A stretch of DNA of 64,000 bases. Origin: Tubulanus polymorphus. Taxonomy: Eukaryota > Animalia > Nemertea. Below the pieces are notes generated by a model that was not told where the DNA came from, did not search any database, and saw only the letters and a program-made list of their open reading frames with translations. Location: contig NC_134025.1 in NCBI RefSeq assembly GCF_964204645.1, forward strand, positions 27,446,299 to 27,510,298, in the 5' to 3' direction. Made by a program: the position numbers and the translations under genes. Positions 60,338 to 64,000 of the stretch are shown here, piece by piece (position 1 is the stretch's first letter; every line of letters begins with the position of its first letter).

Positions 60338-61426
60338 CTGTAAGAAGAAACGGCTCCTTTAATATATAAGGGTTATGTTTTGAAGTAAAAAGTAAAACCA
60401 ATGTTGAGATTATGTGACAGGTTTTGTAAAAGATAACACTTAAGGTTTTATCGACCTATCTAGGGAATTCGTCATTTTGTCTGTAAGCTTAATTCTAAAG
60501 GTGTGAATGATATATCACAACGATCTTATCTGGACTTTTATCACATATCAATCGATACTTATGAATGGTCATTTGAACTTAATCAAGGAGGATTTGCTCA
60601 ATTCCATGATATTCTTTACACGTGTATATACCCCGAAACAGATTTTCAAGTTTGATGTATCAGGTGAAATGACTAGACTACAACATTCTAGACTGATGGG
60701 GGTTACGTCTGTGTCATTTAACCAGATCATGAAGCATTTAATGATTTAAGACTTAGTTCCGATGCACCGGATTTTTCCATCCACCAAGCCCTGGTGGCAC
60801 AAAAACAATAAGACCTTAAAACATCCTGAAAATAATATGTAACTGCCATTATGAGGCAAGTAAGTGATAGAGAAACATCTATTTCCTTCTGTTTGAAGTG
60901 TTCGCTTCAATCAGTTAAAACTAGATATGATTCTTTTGGCAGAAGGCCCTCTAAACTATTTCCGTTTTGTTCACTTTTAGCAGAGTTTCAGAGGCAAATT
61001 TCCGCTTAGTTTTGTGATAAGATACCGCCGTACAGTGTAGCGTTTGGCAAAATACGCTCGGCATAAAAGAGTTCGATTCATCATCGCCAGTGAATGTAAC
61101 ACCATTCAAATCAATTCCAGCGGCAAGATATATCTTATTTTCTATTTTTCTCTCAGGTCTAGCCTTCGTCTGGGAAATTCTTTCAGTCAATGAAGATGAT
61201 TGGACGTCATGTCAGACACATACAACGGCTTTCTCTCTTTATAAAAATACATTTAAACAGAATACGAATGATAAACATTATATCCATCAATAGTTCGAAT
61301 GATGATGGGCAGAATAACTTGTTTGCATGTTACAAGGCGACCAGCAAAATAAGATTAGAACGCAACGATTGGAAGTCGCACCGGTTTATGATGGATCATG
61401 ACAGGAAATAATAGCCACGGTCAAAC

Positions 61427-61450
61427 CATGGACTATAATGATAGTCCATA
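61427..61450. mobile_element. 24-bp palindrome with 7-bp flanking direct repeat (P-like footprint)
   Basis: GTCAAAC|CATGGACTAT-AATG-ATAGTCCATA|TTCAAAC. Confidence 0.6.
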
Positions 61451-61760
61451 TTCAAACAAAGAGTCGGGTCTATTTCTAACAGGCTTTCGAGAGAAGTTTG
61501 GATTGAGTTTGATTATAAACGAAATAAAGAAAACTTTACAAAGATTAGACGCATACAATAGATATCCCGGCTTCTTGGCTAATAGAAGGCAAACACCAAT
61601 AAAGTACACATCAATTGCTATAGTCCTCATTATTAAGGGTACATTTGCCATTAGCGGCCAGAATAACACGAATTCTTTATTTGATGGTCAGTGGTAAATC
61701 ATTTTTAGGTGCGCGGCAAAATGCTAGTGTATTTAGAGGTCATTCATTGCTATGTTCGAT

Positions 61761-61786
61761 CAGGGAAGTGTGATCACACTTCCCTG
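61761..61786. mobile_element. 26-bp perfect palindrome with perfect 7-bp TSD (P-like footprint)
   Basis: GTTCGAT|CAGGGAAGTGTGA-TCACACTTCCCTG|GTTCGAT. Confidence 0.75.
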
Positions 61787-62854
61787 GTTCGATGTAGTTT
61801 GAAACATTTTGTGTATTTCAAACTATTCAAATTTCGACCTAATATTAAACCTAGATCTTTATGATATCAATTAGACGAATCCGGTCATTGGAAATAGAAC
61901 AGTGACCATTACTATACATAACATATTACGTTTAAGATTAGAGTCACTCAATGGATCAACAATAATCTTTATCGATATTTTCTTCGTAGAAATCTAATCT
62001 TCACTTAATAAACAGATAAAACCAACCTCAAATACGAAACACTTTTCGGAAGATAACACAGCCAATACTCAAGACTTTCATTAATTAACCTCATTCCATA
62101 AATAATACATATATACTGCATTTTTACAAAGCACTTATTTAAGAAAAATACATCTATAGCCTAGTACGAGAGATTATTTTACTAAATCTAGATGGATGAA
62201 AATAATATGATCCATCTGCAATTTTGATGGTTAGAAATACCGGAACTTATTTCGATGATTCTCATTTTATCTTCTATGATATTTAATAAGTGACTAACCT
62301 GCTAAACATCGAATATTTAATCCGAACATTAGACAGCAAATGACCGCCGTCAGTGAAATCCATTCTGAGTTCTTCATTGTAAAATGCACTGAAAATCATT
62401 CAAAATAACCACGCTTAAAAAACAATTGATTGGCATTATTTGTTGTTAATTTCTTGAAACTAAATTTTACCATTTGTGCATTCGAGCGCTCCAGACTTCA
62501 GATCTTCATTCAGCTCAAACACGCCGCGCGCACCCGCTCTCGTCGACTAGCTAGTCGGAACTAAATAACACTCGAACGCGCGCAACACACGGAGACATCT
62601 CACGGACCTTTTAATTATCAGAGATTATCAAAGTTATAAAATGGGAAAACTAAAAGGTTTATGTTCTTTAAGGGATTAGTTAGTTATTCCACGCTGCCCC
62701 AAATAGGATGAAAAAGCTGTTTGAATTTAGTGTTATTCACATTCAATCTAAACCTTTAATCAATGGGCTCCAACTTTTTCAAATTGGTCCATCCGAGAAA
62801 CAGAATTACTAACAGCATAATGAATGTAGGACTAAATCCATAATAAAAAAGAAG

Positions 62855-62926
62855 TTCCCACACCGGGAATCGAACCCGGGCCGCCTGGGTGAAAGCCAGG
62901 AATCCTAACCACTAGACCATATGGGA
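62855..62926 (-). tRNA. tRNA-Glu (anticodon TTC)
   Basis: TCCCATATGGTCTAGTGGTTAGGATTCCTGGCTTTCACCCAGGCGGCCCGGGTTCGATTCCCGGTGTGGGAA; 72-nt cloverleaf with A and B boxes, T6 Pol III terminator just downstream. Confidence 0.97.
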
Positions 62927-63585
62927 AGTTAGAATATCAAGTTGGTATTATAAGATTTAAACATGCTTACAAGAATTATCTGTCGTAATATACCGGTTGC
63001 CGTAAACAGGTCGAACCAGGAAGTTAGGTTTTCAATTCGACATTTCGTGTATTTTCCATTTAAAAGAGCGTTTTCTAGCCTTTAAAACTCCAACTAGCTC
63101 ACCAGAAGGAAAACTTTTATAGTTCCGGTACGTTACATTTTCTGAGGGTGCTATACATTTGATGTTTAGTCTGTACATCATCCAGGAGTGCCATCCCACC
63201 GGTCCCTGTGCCCTTCCTCGATTCTGATCATCATTGAGACGACATCTACTCCTGATTAGGACACGAACCATCATCATTCTCCATCCATCATTTTGGCCCA
63301 TATCTATTTTTTACCACCAACATCGCATAAGAAAGTGTTTTAATGGATTGATTGGTTTAGTTTCATGATAGGATATTTCACAAAAAGCCCATCCCGATGT
63401 TACTATAAAAGCTTACCACTGTCACACTGTCACTGAAACTAAACTACAAACGTCAACAGGTTTACTGACTGAACCCCACCAGCGAGGAGAGGCGAGCGGC
63501 CGCCATTATTCTAGACTTTCAGTACTACTTTTATGCTTAACTGTTAGATGTAATTGTTTGATATTTTTTTACTATTTTAAGAGTC

Positions 63586-64000
63586 ATGAATCAGATTGGA
63601 TGTCTCATTCGCCAGGTTTCTCAGCTTGCCATCCAGTCAACCCTGAAATGCCAATCCATTGTTCATCCTCAAACTACAGGTAATTTGTTTTGTTAAACTT
63701 CACAAATATGCATATTGCTCCATTGACTACTAAGATTAATACTTTTTTTTTCTAGGGATACTTTCAAGGCTGGGCTCTTCACCATTGGTACAGTCTCAGG
63801 CTTCGTGTCATTTTCTTGAATACTTGCACAAACGAGGACCACCAATCCCGAAGAAAAAGAAGCAGCATCCCTTGGAGGGAAATCCATTTAAAAAAGGAGT
63901 AATACTTAAAACTCTCATCAAAAAACCTAAAAAACCAAATTCAGCAAATCGTAAATGTGTTAGAGTTCGATTAACAACTGGAAAGGAAGTTATAGCGTAT
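63586..64000 (+). CDS. MRPS12: Mitochondrial ribosomal protein S12 (uS12m), runs off the window
   Basis: Exon 63586-63679 (targeting-like leader), intron, exon from 63756: [47 protein letters not shown]. Confidence 0.93.

Noticed and set aside
60768-62520. Candidate signal-peptide or first exons of multiplexin (~60825-60768, ~62480)
   Set aside because: Could not assemble an ATG-initiated, phase-consistent path to the Tg1 exon; left unresolved.
63181-63255. Possible SECIS element (AUGA..AA..GA in a stem)
   Set aside because: Helix II does not pair and there is no UGA-containing gene upstream on that strand.

Overview
AT-rich, intron-dense metazoan (invertebrate, probably lophotrochozoan; taxon inferred) nuclear DNA with compact genes. 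In order: 3' part of a FAAP100-like gene (+), HHIP-like gene (-), a long (GGT)/(GAT) microsatellite, an F-type lectin/PAN gene with a degenerate upstream duplicate (+), an LDLa-LRR-7TM relaxin-type GPCR (+), a divergent Cys-loop channel subunit (+), ASB3-like (+) and ANKRD9-like (-) SOCS-box genes, a 5'-truncated LINE with an intact RT ORF (+), POMT2 (-) head-to-head with Arp3 (+), a multiplexin (collagen XV/XVIII) with an upstream thyroglobulin type-1 exon (-), tRNA-Glu(TTC) (-) and the start of MRPS12 (+). Introns carry many small non-autonomous DNA elements. The most striking unexplained pattern is four 21-32 bp CA...TG-type micro-palindromes, each flanked by a 7-bp GT-starting direct repeat, which look like P-superfamily excision footprints. 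All gene calls come from manual splicing and recalled motif similarity; no searches were run and some exon boundaries are approximate.
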